This document shows, in pieces, positions 25,758-26,858 of a stretch of 26,858 nt of DNA (its first letter is position 1; every line of letters starts with the position of its first letter). Below the pieces are notes generated by a model. That model searched no databases and was not told the origin of the DNA. It worked only from the letters and a program-made list of their open reading frames with translations. Source of the stretch: a virus (lineage: Duplodnaviria; Caudoviricetes); the IMG/VR virus record IMGVR_UViG_3300027838_000033, positions 1 through 26,858 of that record. The stretch is one strand, 5' to 3'. The translations under genes were made by a program, and so were the position numbers.

Positions 25758-26481
25758 TGGTTGTGCAAAGAATGTAGCTGATAAAAATAATAATTTAGGT
25801 AGTGGTGATAAGTCAAATTTACCAGTTACCCTAACTTCACTTATTGAACACGCAGAATATTGTAAAGCCATTTATGATGGTGGTGGTGATCAAAAAGATG
25901 AAGTGGCCTTTGAAGTAAAACAAGAAAATGGAATATCAATAATTGTTATTAGGGGTACAGCAAATGAGGCAAATGTACTATCTGATATTGATGTAAGATT
26001 GGTAAGTGACTCTCGTACAGGAATCAAACTACATAAAGGATTTAGAGATGCCGCTGTAACTATAATGCAAATTATAGATACTTCAATGAAATCATCTAAA
26101 ACTATTGTTCAAGGACAGACACTTCAATATCCTCTTGAACATACTGTACACGTTACCGGCCACAGTTTGGGTGGCGCAGTTGCTCAAATAATAGGAATGT
26201 GGTTACACAAAAGGGGTCACAATGTTCAAATTTTCTCTTACGGATCGCCAAAAGTCTCTTCTCAAGTTTTGTCTAGTGGACAACCCACTCATTGGAGGGT
26301 GGTTCGCCGTAGCGATCCTATCCCTTTTACTCCTATTTGGCCTTATCGGCATACAGGGTTATTTATAGATAGTCAAGATTTGGATTGGGGGCCGGATAAC
26401 GATAATGGTTTAATCTCAGAAACCGATGGATTAGATCATGCAATAGCAAAATATGTAGAAACATTAAAGGAGAATTTATAA
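25687..26481 (+). CDS. Class 3 lipase (alpha/beta hydrolase) lipoprotein
   Basis: Lipobox LLSGC; IVIRGT, LHKGF, VTGHSLGGAVA nucleophile elbow, YGSPKV, SDPIP (Asp), DHAIAKY (His); start uncertain (25654 or 25687). Confidence 0.88.
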   Translation: MQILRNLKKLSKIILIAGTILLLSGCAKNVADKNNNLGSGDKSNLPVTLTSLIEHAEYCKAIYDGGGDQKDEVAFEVKQENGISIIVIRGTANEANVLSDIDVRLVSDSRTGIKLHKGFRDAAVTIMQIIDTSMKSSKTIVQGQTLQYPLEHTVHVTGHSLGGAVAQIIGMWLHKRGHNVQIFSYGSPKVSSQVLSSGQPTHWRVVRRSDPIPFTPIWPYRHTGLFIDSQDLDWGPDNDNGLISETDGLDHAIAKYVETLKENL

Positions 26482-26490
26482 AGGATTGCA

Positions 26491-26543
26491 GGACTTCAAT
26501 CGGTGAAGTCCGCATTAAGGGTAGGTTTTGGAAGAAACCTATC
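26491..26543 (+). promoter_or_regulatory. Tandem hairpins between the lipase and BMP genes
   Basis: GGACTTCA/TGAAGTCC (26491-26511); GGTAGGTTTT-GGAA-GAAACCTATC (26520-26543) with a GNRA loop. Confidence 0.6.
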
Positions 26544-26570
26544 ATACTATAACGCTCGGAAGGAGTAAAT

Positions 26571-26858
26571 ATGAAGAAAATAATTGCCCTAGTGGCAGTC
26601 GCTGCAATGTTTGCAGCCTTTAGTATAAGTACCGTTGGTAAGAAATTACCTTCAGTTGGTTATGTTCTAGTGGGGCCACACACCGATGGTGGATGGTCAA
26701 TGAGACATCATGATGGATTTCAATCATTAACAAAACATGGTTATAAGGTTGGTATGGTTGAAATGGTGCCGGAAGCAGAGTCAACAAAAATATTCCGCAA
26801 GCTTGCACGAAAACACGATATAGTATTTGCAACTTCATTCGGTTATATGGATGGAATG
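26571..26858 (+). CDS. BMP/PnrA-family ABC transporter substrate-binding protein (partial, runs off the window end)
   Basis: AGGAG SD; signal peptide MKKIIALVAVAAMFAAFS; VGYVLVGPHTDGGWSMRHHDG, VEMVPE, DIVFATSFGYMD. Confidence 0.85.
   Translation, partial: MKKIIALVAVAAMFAAFSISTVGKKLPSVGYVLVGPHTDGGWSMRHHDGFQSLTKHGYKVGMVEMVPEAESTKIFRKLARKHDIVFATSFGYMDGM

Noticed and set aside
26620-26838. 72-aa minus-strand ORF
   Set aside because: Antisense to the BMP-family gene on the + strand.

Overview
AT-rich segment of a T4-like (Tevenvirinae/Kyanoviridae-type, probably marine) myophage genome. + strand 1-11750: replication and nucleotide-metabolism block (gp61 primase, a class II B12-dependent ribonucleotide reductase where nrdA/nrdB usually sit, GIY-YIG nuclease, RNase H, SleB-type hydrolase, FmdB Zn-ribbon, PhoH, M15A peptidase, PD-(D/E)xK exonuclease, gp33, gp59, gp32). 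- strand 11747-17137: gp4, gp2, a tube-fold gp54-like protein, gp26, gp51 and a tape-measure-like protein. + strand 17173-26858: gp48, gp53, a hub candidate, a P-loop kinase, two fibre/chaperone-like gene pairs, small membrane proteins, a thermonuclease, putative internal head proteins, a holin-like protein, a lipase lipoprotein and a truncated BMP-family substrate-binding protein. Main findings: (1) a U-UUU-UUC -1 slippery site at the end of gp26 that runs into the gp51 frame just upstream of the tape-measure-like gene, i.e. a lambda G/GT-like arrangement; (2) a ~175-nt extensively paired candidate ncRNA/leader behind a late promoter upstream of the cell-wall hydrolase; (3) three ORFs with T4 capsid-targeting-like N-termini; (4) a phage-borne BMP-family gene with a two-hairpin leader. 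All calls come from motif recognition by eye; no searches or folding programs were run.
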